In this document: piece by piece, positions 23,460 through 35,645 of the stretch
Position numbering within the stretch: the stretch's first letter is position 1
Layout of the letters: each line of letters begins with the position of its first letter
From: Octopus sinensis
Taxonomy: Eukaryota
DNA length: 64,000 bases
Direction: 5' to 3'
Assembly: GCF_006345805.1 (NCBI RefSeq)
Contig: NC_043004.1
Location: 40,052,001-40,116,000, forward strand
Program-made: the position numbers and the translations under genes
Notes under the pieces: model-generated
Told to the model about the DNA's origin: nothing
Database searches by the model: none
The model's input: only the letters and a program-made list of their open reading frames with translations

Positions 23460-24108
23460 CACAATCATGCCTTCTTGCAATCAACCTGTCCTCATCATTT
23501 TAAACTTTTCCTCTGTCACCCACCATGTGTCCAAACCAGTTCAGTTTTCTGTTTTACCCACTACAGTTACTTTCTCTTATAACCATATTTTTACCTTTTT
23601 ATCTCAGTTCACTTGAGTCCAGTTGTTCATGCACACTGACCTCACATATCCAGTGCTGCATACTCATCTCATTCTCATTTCTGTCCAGCTTTCACACATC
23701 TGCCACACACACAATGTCCGTCTTTCACCAACCATGCAACATTGCACCTTCATACACAAACATTGCACAAACATATACATATATATTATCATTTTTAAAA
23801 ATCTTTTTACTTGTTTCAGTCATTAGACTGTGGTCATGCTGGAGCACCACCTTGAATTTTTAGTCAAATGAATCAACCCCAGTGCTTTTCTTCTTAGCCT
23901 GACACTTATTCTATCAGTCTCTTTTGCTGAACTGCTAAGTTATGGGGATGTGAACACACCAACACCAGATGTAAAGCACAGACACACACACAGATATATA
24001 AACATATATATATATGTGACGAACTTCTTCAGTTTTTGCCTACCAAAGCCCTCCATTCTGACTGAGAAACCCTTTGTAGACGCCAGCATGGGTAAAATGC
24101 CTGAACTT
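23460..24108 (-). pseudogene. Decayed RTE LINE RT C-terminal fragment, split by a 280-bp insertion
   Basis: LPMLASTKGFSVRMEG / ...AMLHG...RNEMSMQHWICEVS...KLNWFGHM, with stops and frameshifts. Confidence 0.7.
23771..24050 (+). repeat. Near-identical local duplicate of 21129-21408
   Basis: 280 bp with 2 substitutions seen; includes non-SINE flank. Confidence 0.9.
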
Positions 24109-25952
24109 TAATTAAATCAATTAATTCGCTCAGCAATCAAGCAATCAATTAACCAATATTATTGAACAATTGATCTGTGTCAGTCTAATATTACATTGTT
24201 GCATCAATACAATGCAGTGTTTATGTGCTGTGCGAGAATCAATCAGACAAAGTCTCTTTACATTAACAATTGAATCAGGCGCACTGTAGACTTAATTAAT
24301 GGTCAACTACATAACCACCACCACTATGACTGTCGCTGTTAGTACCACCACCGTGACTACAGCTAGTGTCAACACAAGCATTATCGCTACCAATGATTGC
24401 CACTACCACCACTACCAACACCACCACAAGCATAACCATCGTGGCTACTTTAAAAGCTGACAACCTCCTGTACCAACGCAAACACCACTACCTATAACTC
24501 CAACAACAATTACATGATTATCGTTATCATCATCATCATTATTAAAGGCAAGTACTACTGCAACTCCTAACATAATACCAACACAAGTACTACTAGTATC
24601 ACCTCCAGCAAAGGAGCACATGCCTAAAACAGAGCATCTTCATGGTTGTTCAACCTGTCGTAACAGTCAAACTCCTTCAGAATACATCCTAGTGCCTTTG
24701 AAAATGGTACAATTGATATAGTCATCCTGCGTCTGCTATTTCTAGCAGGCTGAGTGACCACATGGAAACCAACTTATTGACTTGGTACTGTTGTGAATTT
24801 TGAAGGTGGTATACATTTATTGTAGCTTGAATACATATTGTTGTCGTCATCACGGGAACAACAACAACAATAATGATGATGACACTCCAACCTAAAATGT
24901 TTCTAGAATTAACATTAAAATGAAAGTCATCAGTACTAAGAACAACAACACCTGAGATCAACCTGCTAGAAAAAGTAACCAAGTTTTCCCCAAATTAAAA
25001 TGTGCCATTTAACATCATCATCATAATCATCATCATTATCATCATTTAATGTTCATTTTCCAAGCTGGTATGAATTGGATAGTTTGACTGAAAACTGGTA
25101 AGCTGGGGAGCTGCACCAGATTCCAATCTGATTTGGCATTGTTTCTACAGCTGGATGCCCTTCCAAATGCCAACCACTCCAAGTGTGTAGTGGGTGCATT
25201 TTATGTCTCACCAGCATGAGTGCCAGTTATGTAACACCGGCAAAAAAAACAAAAGAAATGGGTACATTAGATGATGTGGTCCTGTGTTCTTTGCACATTG
25301 GAAAAAGACAATCTGATTAGATCCAGAAGGCTTTTGATCACAGCCCTGTTCGATAACAGCTGACCCGGGGCTAAACAATAACAACAACAAAACCTGAAAC
25401 ACCAATAACAATAGCAACTGCAGCATCAATATGAACAACAGCAACAACAACAACAGCAACAACAACAACAGCAATGCAATAGCAGCTGCAACAGCTAAAA
25501 TAATGTTCTATACTAGAAATAAACTACATTTGGTACAAAACGGCCTAATTTCCTGGTTTAATTAGAAAACCATGTTCTCTTCCTGTAATAACAATGAGTG
25601 GCACTTATTGAACGCAGAACATGCTATTGACTACAGATAGCTCTGCTGCTATATAAGGTCTGATTTGGTCAATGCAGCTTGAAACAGCAGCAACTCCTGT
25701 AGGGCGACTCTTGTTTGATCAACTTGCTAATAATGGTAGCCAAATACCCTTCGATTCCCTACTGCTTTTAATAAGAAAAGAATATATTAGACTAGATGAA
25801 CTACCCAGCATTGCCCGGCTTACTGCTGTCCTTATTCAGATTAGTAAACAATAAATATAAAGATATATTCTCATAATTATTTCAAAATATCTATATTTTA
25901 TCAAAAAATATCCAAATCGTAACGATAATAGAATTTCAAACTGAAAATCTGT

Positions 25953-26288
25953 CATCATCATCATCATTGTTTAGCGTCTGCTTTCCATGGTTGGACGATT
26001 TAACTGGGGTCTGGGAAGCCAGAAGGCTGCACCAGGCCCAGTCTGATCTGGCAATGTTTCTACGGCTGGATGCCCTTCCTAACGCCAACCACTCCGTGAG
26101 TGTAGTGGGTGCTTTTTACGTGCCACCAGCACAGGTGCCAGACGAAGCTGGCAAACGGCCATGATCGGATGGTGCTTTTTACGTGCCACCAGCACGGAGG
26201 CCAGGCGAGGCTGGCAATGGCCACGATCGGATGGTGCTTTTTACGTGCCACCGGCACGGAGGCCAGTCGGGGTGGCGCTGGCAACGGT
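25953..26288 (-). mobile_element. Family E copy with ~62-bp internal tandem units
   Basis: GGTGCTTTTTACGTGCCACC recurs at 26108, 26171 and 26233. Confidence 0.85.
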
Positions 26289-26291
26289 CAA

Positions 26292-26730
26292 TGTTGAATA
26301 AACAATATTCATTGTGCAATTTTACGATGGTATCAAAATGAATAAATTGTTGCTGCTTCCAAGTCATGAGAAAGCAACATAGAGTTAGTCATAGAAGAGG
26401 CATGTAGCAGAGAGATCAAGTGCAACTACCTTTAGGGATTGACCCTGAGATTTGTTAATTGAAATACCAAAACTTAGTTTAACTGGAAACTGAAGCATCT
26501 TAAATTCAAAAGATATGACAGGAATTTTTGGAATAAAGATATTTTCTCCTCTGTAACTACCTGTTATGATTCTTGCCTGTAGGACATGGGGCTTCATGGA
26601 AGTAACAATTAAGCGAGTTCCATTACACAGGTGAGAGGGATCAAGATTCCTAAGCAACGTAAAGGGATCATCTAGTTTTAGTGTCAAGTTATGCAGTAGC
26701 ATCCTAATGGGTTTAAGTGTCAGAACTGAC
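26292..26730 (-). pseudogene. Helitron PIF1-like helicase C-terminus
   Basis: LLRNLDPSHLCNGTRLIV...FPVKLSFGISINKSQGQSL...D*LYVAFS*...NIVY, with in-frame stops. Confidence 0.9.
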
Positions 26731-26931
26731 CTGAGATTAAACAACAATAACATAGGAAGCTTCTTGTGGTCATTTGCCCAGCTAGAAGTAGCAGCGAAAT
26801 AACCTTCAAATGTGCAATGTGAAATTAAGTATTTACACAAGCACACAAAGCACCATCCAGTCCAGAAATCAAAACCAGCATCTTACAATGGTGAGTGCAA
26901 TGCCCTAGCCATAAGGCCATGCACTTTCACA

Positions 26932-26969
<38 letters not shown>

Positions 26970-27106
26970 ACACACACACACAATAGGCTTCTACAAAGTT
27001 CCAATCTACCAAGTCCACACACAAGGAGACATCATGCAATGAGATTGAACTGTAAATCCTGTGGTTGCAAAATGAGCTTCTTAACCACACAGCCATTCTT
27101 GCACCC

Positions 27107-27148
<42 letters not shown>

Positions 27149-27184
27149 ATGTGTGTGTACATATGTGTATATATATATATATAT

Positions 27185-27480
27185 AGGGTGCATGACCTAG
27201 TGGCCTAGAGTGTTGCACTCATCGTTGCAAGGTCGTGGCATTAATTCTTGGATTGGGTGGTGTGTCGCGTTCTCGAGCAAAACGCTTCATTTCACATTCC
27301 TCTACAATCACTGTGACACCTGACATATTCTACACTGTGCACCTGTTCAGGCAATGTTAATCTGATGGAGTGAACTAATGCTCAGTACATGCATTGCATC
27401 ACTACATACAAATCATTTGTACAGGTCATTCACCAAATGCTGAACACTCATATATCGTCTTCAACAGGAGATTCCATCAA
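27185..27480 (+). mobile_element. SINE-D head/partial core with a different tail (V)
   Basis: Head and TTCTCGAGCAAAACGCTTCATTTCACATT, then a sequence unlike tails W, X or Z. Confidence 0.55.
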
Positions 27481-27529
27481 ATGTGTGCATGTGCATGTGT
27501 GTGCATGTGTGTATATATATATATATATT

Positions 27530-27690
27530 AGGTGCAGGAGTGACTGTGTGGTAAGAAGGTTGGTTCCCAAACACATGGTTCTGGGTTCAGTCCCACTGTG
27601 TGGCACCTTGGGCAAGTGTCTTCTACTATAGCCTCGGGTCGACCAAAGCCTTGTGAGTGGATATGGTAAACAGAAACTGAAAGAAGCCCA
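27530..27690 (+). mobile_element. SINE-A first module only
   Basis: Ends in the (TG)n linker. Confidence 0.85.
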
Positions 27691-28068
27691 TCATATATGT
27701 GTGTGTGTGTGTGTGTGTGCGTATAAAACAACACACATATACATACATACATAGATATATACATACATAGATATATACATTCATACATACATACATACAT
27801 ACAAATCATATGCACAAACCCACGTGTTTACATACACACATACAGAATATGTGTCTGTGTGCATGCATCTATATGTGGTTGTAGTGGGGAGAAAGAGGGA
27901 AAGAGGAAGAAAGAAAGAAACTGAAAGATAATAGGGATGGAATTTGAACGGAAATACTGTATTTAGAAGATTTATTTGTAGCAGCAAAACAGTTCTGAAT
28001 AATTTTGACATGAGCCAAAAAGAAAACATTCGAATGTTTGAATAAAATGCCAATTTGTAACTTCACAA

Positions 28069-28099
<31 letters not shown>

Positions 28100-28236
28100 A
28101 TATATATGTTATATAACTTGAGTAAAAATATAAAACATTAGATGATGCAATAAAATAAATCGATAGCAGATGTATTTAAGTAAAACAGGAATTTCTATTT
28201 TAGCTTGATTTTCATTTAGTTAGGTACATTAGCTAA

Positions 28237-28276
<40 letters not shown>

Positions 28277-28548
28277 AGCAAAAATTCTAAGATGAACTTG
28301 GAAAGAGAGATACACACCCACTAACTATCTCTTGTGGATATCACTTCAAGTGGAGGTGGAGGGGGTTTTCAATATGAAAGGAGTCTTCTGAACTGAATGA
28401 AAATTACTGAACCAAAGTTGCTAAAGAAACAGTAGGCTAAGTTCTCTCCAGTTTTCAAAGCTCAAATTAATTTGAGTTGAAGCCATTCTGTTACTTGAAA
28501 CTGAATTAACAACACTGAGCTGCTGTTGAGTAACGAACGGCAATTTCA

Positions 28549-28782
28549 TATTTCTTTATTGCCCACAAGGGGCTAAACATAGAGGGGACAAAACAAGGAC
28601 AGACAAAGGAATTAAGTCGATTACATCGACCCCAGTGCCTAACTGGTACTTATTGAATCAATCCCGAAAGGATGAAAGGCTAAGTCAACCTTGGCGGAAT
28701 TTGAACACAGAACGTAGCGACAGACGAAATGCCGCTAAGCATTTCGCCTGGCGTGCTAACGTTTCTGCCAGCTCGCCACCTT
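28549..28782 (-). mobile_element. SINE-B (tail B1)
   Basis: Reverse complement of 9876-10107. Confidence 0.9.
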
Positions 28783-29237
28783 AACAACGACAATTTCTAT
28801 TAGGGCAGCCACGAGAACAATATCTTCAATGTGAATAACCACAGCTGCTAGAGGGGCAACAGCAAATTCTACTGAGACAGGTGTAATTTCTACTGAGACA
28901 ACTATACCTACTGGAGGAGGAGAGAGGAGGGGAATGAGGAAGGAGGGGAGGAGAAAGGAGGAAGGAGGGGAGGGGGAGGAGGAGGAAGGATGGGAGGAGG
29001 AGGTGGTGAAGATGGAGGTGGAGGGGGAGGAGGAGGAACGAGGCCAGCTATTGCAGAAAGAAATAATAAACGACACATAGTTCTTTATAATTATAGTTTT
29101 TCAAACTACTAACCCAAACCTTATTGAATAAAAGTCTTCAAAGAAGTTGTTCAAATGCAAATGGAGCCTTAATTGATAGATCGGAGAGATATAACAGGTG
29201 AAAATATTCTTTAGATGGAAGAAAAAAAATATGGTTC

Positions 29238-29308
29238 AAGTCCAGCGGGGATCGAACCATACATCTGCTATATACCAGACGACTATGATACCACTACTCC
29301 ACGGAGAT
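29238..29308 (-). tRNA. tRNA-like pseudogene or solo SINE head (loop CTGGTAT)
   Basis: A-box TGGAGTAGTGGT and B-box GGTTCGATCC at tRNA spacing. T8 run about 8 nt downstream. Anticodon and T stems pair poorly. Confidence 0.45.
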
Positions 29309-29739
29309 CTACCAACTGTATATTTACCAACTGTATATTTACCAAACTGGCAGCAGTTTGCAATAGCAACAGTGTGGAATAGCAGCAGAATACTATGGTA
29401 ACAGCATGAAACAGGAAACGGTGAAAGAGTAACAGATTAAAAGAGCAAAAGAATGTGATAACAGAGTGACATTACAGCTGAGTGTAAAAAAAAAGTAACA
29501 AGAAATAGCAACAGAGGACCAAGAATTCCACATCAAAAGCATGGAATTCTTATTTCTCTGAAATTCAATAACAGCCAGTCTGAGGAAAGCCTTCAGAACC
29601 AGAAAACTCTGTGATGGATAAAGTCAATAAATGGTCAATTGATTTAATGACCACACATGCACAAAGTGTTCCTACATCGTTTATAACAACATTAAAACCA
29701 GAAGCCTTTCAACAGCAACCTACATATTAGAAATGACCA

Positions 29740-29758
29740 TCGACGTGTGTGTGTGTGT

Positions 29759-29790
<32 letters not shown>

Positions 29791-30000
29791 TGTTTGTGTG
29801 TGTGTTTGTGTGGGTGTGTTTGTGTGGGTGTGTTTGTGTGTGTGTGTGTGCCTGTGTCTGTGTCTGTGTTTATGTGGGTGTGCGTGTTTGTGTGTGTGCG
29901 TGTTTGTGCATGTGTATGTGTGTGTTTGTATGTGTGTGTGTGTGTTTGTGTGTGTTTGTGTGTCTGTGTGTGTGTGTTCTGCTGACAATGTACTCTCAAA
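29740..30000. repeat. Degenerate (TG)n/TTTG compound microsatellite
   Basis: Direct reading. Confidence 0.95.
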
Positions 30001-30106
30001 GTACATGTTTACATGTATGTTTATGTATGTATACTGTATATATGCCTACAGATATACTGCATGTATGTAAGCATATATTCACACACACAAACACACACAC
30101 ACACAA

Positions 30107-30428
30107 GTGAATGTGAGTGGCATAGTGGTTAGAGCATACAGCTAACAATAGTAAAGTCACGAGTTCAATTCCTGGTGATACACTGTGTCCTTGAGCAAGA
30201 CACTTTATTTCACATTGCTCCTGTCCACTCAGCTGGCAAAAATGAGTAATACCAGTATTTCAAAGGGCCAGCCTTGTCACATTCTTTGTCATGCTAAATC
30301 TCCCTGAGAACTACGTTAGGGGTACACATATCTGTGGAATACTCAGCCACTTGCATGATAATTTCATGAGCAGGCTGTTCTGTTGATCAGATAAACTAGA
30401 ACCCTTGTTATTTTAACTGATGGAGTGA
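30107..30428 (+). mobile_element. SINE-D with tail X, ending in (TACA)n
   Basis: Meta-like core plus GTATTTCAAAGGGCCAGCCTTGTCAC tail. Confidence 0.8.
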
Positions 30429-30502
30429 CATACATACATACATACATACATACATACATACATACATACATACATACATACATACATACATACATACATA
30501 CA

Positions 30503-30530
<28 letters not shown>
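30429..30530. repeat. Pure (TACA)n microsatellite
   Basis: About 25 uninterrupted units. Confidence 0.95.
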
Positions 30531-30538
<8 letters not shown>

Positions 30539-30854
30539 TACATTCTATGCCATCATGAAAAAGTAATGATGAAGATATATATATAAAATTCACTTTGGAC
30601 TGGTTTAACTTGAAGCACATAAAGCTATAACTAATAGTGTGTAAATATTGAATAGACAAAGTTGAAGGGTGCCTCCTACTTTTTGCTATCCAAATGGTTA
30701 AAAAATAAAAAATATTTACACACTATTCCTTATTGCTTTACAGGCTTTGAATTAGACTGCTCCAATTTGTCATTTTTTTTTTTTATTGCACATTGATGTA
30801 TACATTTCTTTCTCTACTGTTCAGTAAGTGTCGTTTGAATACATATGAAACAAG

Positions 30855-31205
30855 GGTAAAGACCCCCCCCACCGCCCACTTTGGTCATGAATGACCATGG
30901 GATTGCACCTAGAAAATTACCCTCCAAGGTACAAGTCTGGGCAAAGCTATTTATAGAAGACCAGTAGTCCCTCATGCATACTAGCCTCCCCTCTCCATGT
31001 CACCGATGTTGTCCAAGGGAAAGGCAAAAGGCCAAGAGAGCTTGGCACCAGTGACATCACAACGCATTTCTACAGCTGAGTGGACTGGAGCAATGTGAAA
31101 TAGTGTCTTGCTCAAGAACACAGCACACAGCCTGGTCTGGGAATCAAAATCACCACCTCATGATTGTGAGTCGGAAGCTCTAACCACTGAGCCATGCACC
31201 TTCAC
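30855..31205 (-). mobile_element. SINE-D (tail Z)
   Basis: Colinear with 8442-8781. Confidence 0.85.
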
Positions 31206-31223
31206 CATATGCATACAGATATA

Positions 31224-31455
31224 ATTTCTTTATTACCCACAAGGGGCTAAACACAGAGGGGACAAACAAGGACAGACATAGGTATTAAGTCGATTACATC
31301 GACCCCAGTGCATGACTGGTACTTAATTTATCGACCCCGAAAGGATGAAAGGCAAAGTCGACCTCGGCGGAATTTGAACTCAGAACGTAGTGACAGACGA
31401 GATACCGCTAAGCATTTCGCCCGGCGTGCTAACGATTCTGCCAGCTCGCCGCCTT
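31224..31455 (-). mobile_element. SINE-B (young, CpG intact)
   Basis: Near-consensus copy. Confidence 0.9.
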
Positions 31456-31744
31456 ATGCATATATATATGCATATATAAAGGTATTATATATGTACCATG
31501 TGAATGTATATTTATGTGGATGCATGTGTTTATTTACAGGTGTGTGCATGAATGTGTGTGTATGGTGGGGAGGTGCTTGTGTGTGTATTTATCACCCATA
31601 CCTCTTTTCTAATGGAGCAGGCTCTGAGGCAAATTTCCAGAAATTGTAACCATCCACTAATGGCTTCTATTAGGAAATGACCATCTTTTTCCTTCATATA
31701 TTATTGTACCATTAGTAACAACTAATGACTACAGTAAAGCACTT

Positions 31745-31782
<38 letters not shown>

Positions 31783-32256
31783 CTGCTAAAACATACTCTA
31801 TAAACTACCATCACTACTGCCACCACCACCACCACCACCACCACCACCACCACCATCACCACCACCACCATCACCACCACCACTCTCATAGCTACTATAA
31901 GCATTGCAATACTAAACACCAGAAAACATCTCATTCACCTAAGTAGTACAGAAAGAGGATTTGCTGGAATGGGAAAGGAAGAGAGAAAGAGAGAGACAGA
32001 CAGACAGAGTAAAGGAGGGAGGGATGGAGAGGGAGAGATGGAGAGGGAGAGAGAGAGAGAGAAAGAGAGACAGAGCTTTTTCTTCTCCAAAACCTATAAG
32101 GTCACTCATGGAGATTTTTGTCCTCTTTTAAGGAATGTGTCGTGTTCTTTGGTTCTTTAATTATAAGATGTGAGCAAAGGTGGTGAATGGCGGTGCCCTA
32201 GCATGGCCACAGCTCGTGAGCTGAAACTAGATAAAATGAAATAAAATAAAAAATGC

Positions 32257-32665
32257 ACAGGAGTGGCTGTGTGGTAAGTAGCTTGTTTACCAGCCACATG
32301 GTTCCGGGTTCAGTCCCACTGAGTGGCACCTTGGGCAAGTGTCTTCTACTATAGCCTCGGGCCGACCAAAGCCTTGTGAGTGAATTTGGGAGACGGAAAC
32401 TGAAAGAAGCCCGTCGTATATATGTATATATATGTATGTCCGTGTATGTTTGTGTGTTTGTGTTTGTCCCCCTAGCATTGCTTGACAACCGATGCTGGTG
32501 TGTTTATGTCCCCGTCACTTAGCGGTTCGGCAAAAGAGACCGATAGAATACGTACTGGGCTTACAAAGAATAAGTCCCGGGGTCGAGTTGCTCGATTAAA
32601 GGTGGTGCTCCAGCATGGCCGCAGTCAAAATGACTGAAACAAGTAAAAAGAGAAAAAAGAGAGAA
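32257..32665 (+). mobile_element. SINE-A
   Basis: Full-length. Confidence 0.9.
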
Positions 32666-33424
32666 AGAGGAAGATAACTGAAGTAAGTTAATGTTATGAC
32701 TGGACGATTCAGGTGGGTGATAAGATACTGAATGATGGATGCACACACTTTATAATAGAAATGAAATTCACCTCTTAGTAGAGTAAGAAAACTAAAAGCA
32801 AACAACAACTGTTAACAACCCTCAAAGAAAAGGGGAGATAATTTCATGAAAGTAAGAATTAATTTCACTGAGAATTGAATTTTTATGCATGAGAGGACAA
32901 ACCTGATCTTTGTAGCCGGAAAGTTAACAGCAAGACATGTTTCTGTCTTATTAGACCTTATTAGTAAAGCAAAATCTTTCTTAAGCCTAGTTAAATCACT
33001 GGGTATAATAAACTTTTTAGAAGTGGGGAAAAAGAAAAATAATGAATATTCTTTTAGCCAGTATAACTTGCATAATTACAATATGTGAGCTAAGGGAAAT
33101 AACTGAAAAGGGCCAATGGCAAGAATTTCGATAATTCAGGTAGATGGGAGCATACTGAATGTTTTATGCAAAAACAAAAACAAAAACAAAAATAAAAAAA
33201 TGAATTGTGCCTTTTATTTGGAGAAAGAAAGCCAAAACTTGACAGTAACTGTTAGAGCCCTTCAAAGAAAAAAGAGAATAATTTCAAGAAATTAATGAAA
33301 TTTCACAAAATTTTTCTCTTCCGGCTTTGTTCTTTAGCTCGGGCTATAGCTCTCATGGCCAAGGTCATAATGGAGAAGGATAAGTAATACCCCTAAATGC
33401 AAACTCATCTCTCAGAGCCCTCAG

Positions 33425-33560
33425 CAGATTAAGTCGATTATATCGACTCCAGTGCGTAACTGGTACTTATTTAATCGAACCCAAAAGGATGAAAGGCAAA
33501 GTCGACCTCGGCCGAATTTGAACTCAGAACGTAATGGCAGACGAAATAGGCCTACACATT
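33425..33560 (-). mobile_element. SINE-B partial
   Basis: Core region present. Confidence 0.8.
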
Positions 33561-33766
33561 TTTCCTGACAGAAAAATGTGGTAGTGGTAGTGGTGGTAGT
33601 GATAATAATGGTAGTTGTTGTTGCCATGGTCGGGGTGATTGTGGTGCTGAAAAACCCTACGCTTGTTCAGAATCAAGTCAGTTCTAAATAAGCTGAAATA
33701 TGGTTCAAACACATTACAACGGTGGTCACTCCATATTTTTAGGGGTCACCTTGGATTAAATTATTT

Positions 33767-34330
33767 GGATCTTTTCGGTTTGAACGGCAGTTTTTTCTAT
33801 CGGTGTCATATGAAATTGTCACCCATAATTATGACCCTAGTATCGATCTATTGCATTTCAATCTGTTTTAGGGTTAGGGTTAGTTAGGGTTAGTGGTGGG
33901 GGAAGGGTATCTTTTTTTTCTTCACAAATGTAAATAAACCCAATCTGTTTCTTAAACGAGGGACATATTCATATATAGCACAGAATGATTTTTAACTCAA
34001 TAGGGTTAGGGTTAGGGTTAGAGTTAGGGGTGGGGGGGAAGGGTATCTTTTTTTCTTCACAAATGTAAATAAACCCAATCTGTTTCTTAAACGAGGGACA
34101 TATTCATACGGCACAGAATGCTTTTTAACTCAACAGACGTCACCGGTTGTTTGAAATTGCAGAAATGGAAGAAAAAAAAAACAACAAATATCTTACAAAC
34201 TATAGAATTTTCTCAATAAAGCCAAGAGAAAATGATGTTTTATAAACACATTCTACAAGTATACGAAGTTTAACATTTTTAGTTACCTAGAAATTATGTT
34301 AAAAACTGCCGTTCAAACCGAAAAGATACC
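33767..34330. mobile_element. MITE-H, opposite orientation, with internal ~135-bp duplication
   Basis: GGATCTTTTCGGTTTGAACGGCAGTTTTT ... AAAAACTGCCGTTCAAACCGAAAAGATACC, with two (TTAGGG)-like tracts. Confidence 0.85.
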
Positions 34331-34489
34331 ATTATTTAAATGTATGTTTTCTCTCTTTCTGAGACAAAAGAGTGTGGTTATTCTTTTCTCCTTTTCTTTC
34401 CTTTGTCATTCTATCAGGTGGGGAATAAACAAAAATATCTTGTACTGAATTAATATTTTTCCTATTTCCACAAATATCTATCAGTATTT

Positions 34490-34645
34490 TTGATTATAGG
34501 AAGGGCATCCAACTGTAGAAACCTTGCCAAAACAGATGGAGCCCAACCAGCTCTTCAGCTGGTCAGCTCTTGTCAAACCATCCAACCCATGCCAGCATGA
34601 AAAACAGATGTTGAATGATGATGATGATGATGATGATGATGATCT
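34490..34645 (+). mobile_element. Family E LINE 3' UTR
   Basis: AGGAAGGGCATCC...(GAT)n. Confidence 0.8.
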
Positions 34646-34773
34646 ATCTAAACACACACACATATACACACACAGAAAGTTTGCTTCACTTAAGACATAG
34701 TCCAGAGAATATGTCTGTTTGCATCATTCTTCCCCTTCATGGGCTCATCAGAGTCTGGTGTATTAGATGTGTA

Positions 34774-35645
34774 CAAGAGCTGATCAATAAGTATCCGGAC
34801 TGTTGCCATAGTAACAAAGCTAAACTGTGCAGTGTGAAGCCACTTGGCAAAGATTGATTTTGAACTCTGCTGTGAATGCACATTAAAGTTTTAATGTTCT
34901 AGTTCACTTCTGCTGTTTACAGCAGTGCTTGGAAGGAAGGTGTGTAGTGTGTGATTGTCGCATTGACCATGACAAAAAAAGTTGTCATGGCGATACCTGC
35001 TCAGAGGCCTATGCAAAGTTGCAGAAAATGTATGAGTCATACAGTGGTGCCGACATTTCCAAGATGGCCAAAAAATATCGATATTGACAAGCGTTCTAGG
35101 AAACCTACAACCAGCAGAACTGAGAAAAACATCACAGATGTGCATGCAGCTGTGAGGGGAAATCATCAAATCACCATCCGTGAGTTATCAGAGGATGTGC
35201 AGATTAGTTACGGTTCAGTTCAGTCCATTATTACTGAGGATTTGAGTATGAGATGCATGAGTGCCAAGTTTGTACGAAAACTGCTTTCGGCTGACCAAAA
35301 AGACATTCGGGTTTCAGTTACACAAGATCTCCTTGATTGTGTCGAAAATGATGGAAACTTTTTGATAACTTTGCGTAGGCCTCTGAGCAGGTATTGCCAA
35401 GCTTTTGGCAAAAATTTGATGCCGATCCTCTGCTCAACTGTTTCTGTCATTGTCAATGCGATGATCACACGCTACACAACTTCCTTCCAGGCACAGCTGT
35501 AAACAGAGAAAGTGAGCTAGAATGTTAAAGCTTAGTGCACATGCACAGCCAGAGTTCAAGATTAATCTGTACAGAGTGGCTTCACTTTGTGTGATTTAGC
35601 TTTGTTACTATGGCAACAGTCCGGATACTTATTGATCAGACTACG
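34774..35645 (+). mobile_element. Fold-back mariner derivative with two left ends
   Basis: TA-flanked TIR CTGATCAATAAGTATCCGGACTG. Arms of about 250-280 bp. The middle encodes the transposase N-terminus (ITIRELSEDVQISYGSVQSIITEDL...AKFVRKLL). Confidence 0.85.

Larger units (their letters stand above)
25792..26730 (-). mobile_element. 3' part of an autonomous-type Helitron
   Basis: Helicase remnant, then (after a family E insert) a subterminal hairpin CCGGGCAATGCTGGG and CTAG|T terminus at 25792. Confidence 0.85.

Noticed and set aside
26108-26288. CRISPR-like repeat array
   Set aside because: Units are contiguous tandem repeats without unique spacers, inside a eukaryotic LINE UTR, with no cas genes.
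34715-34760. Minus-strand CTGATGAGCCC...GGGG hammerhead-like start
   Set aside because: No GAAA core half and no stem III.
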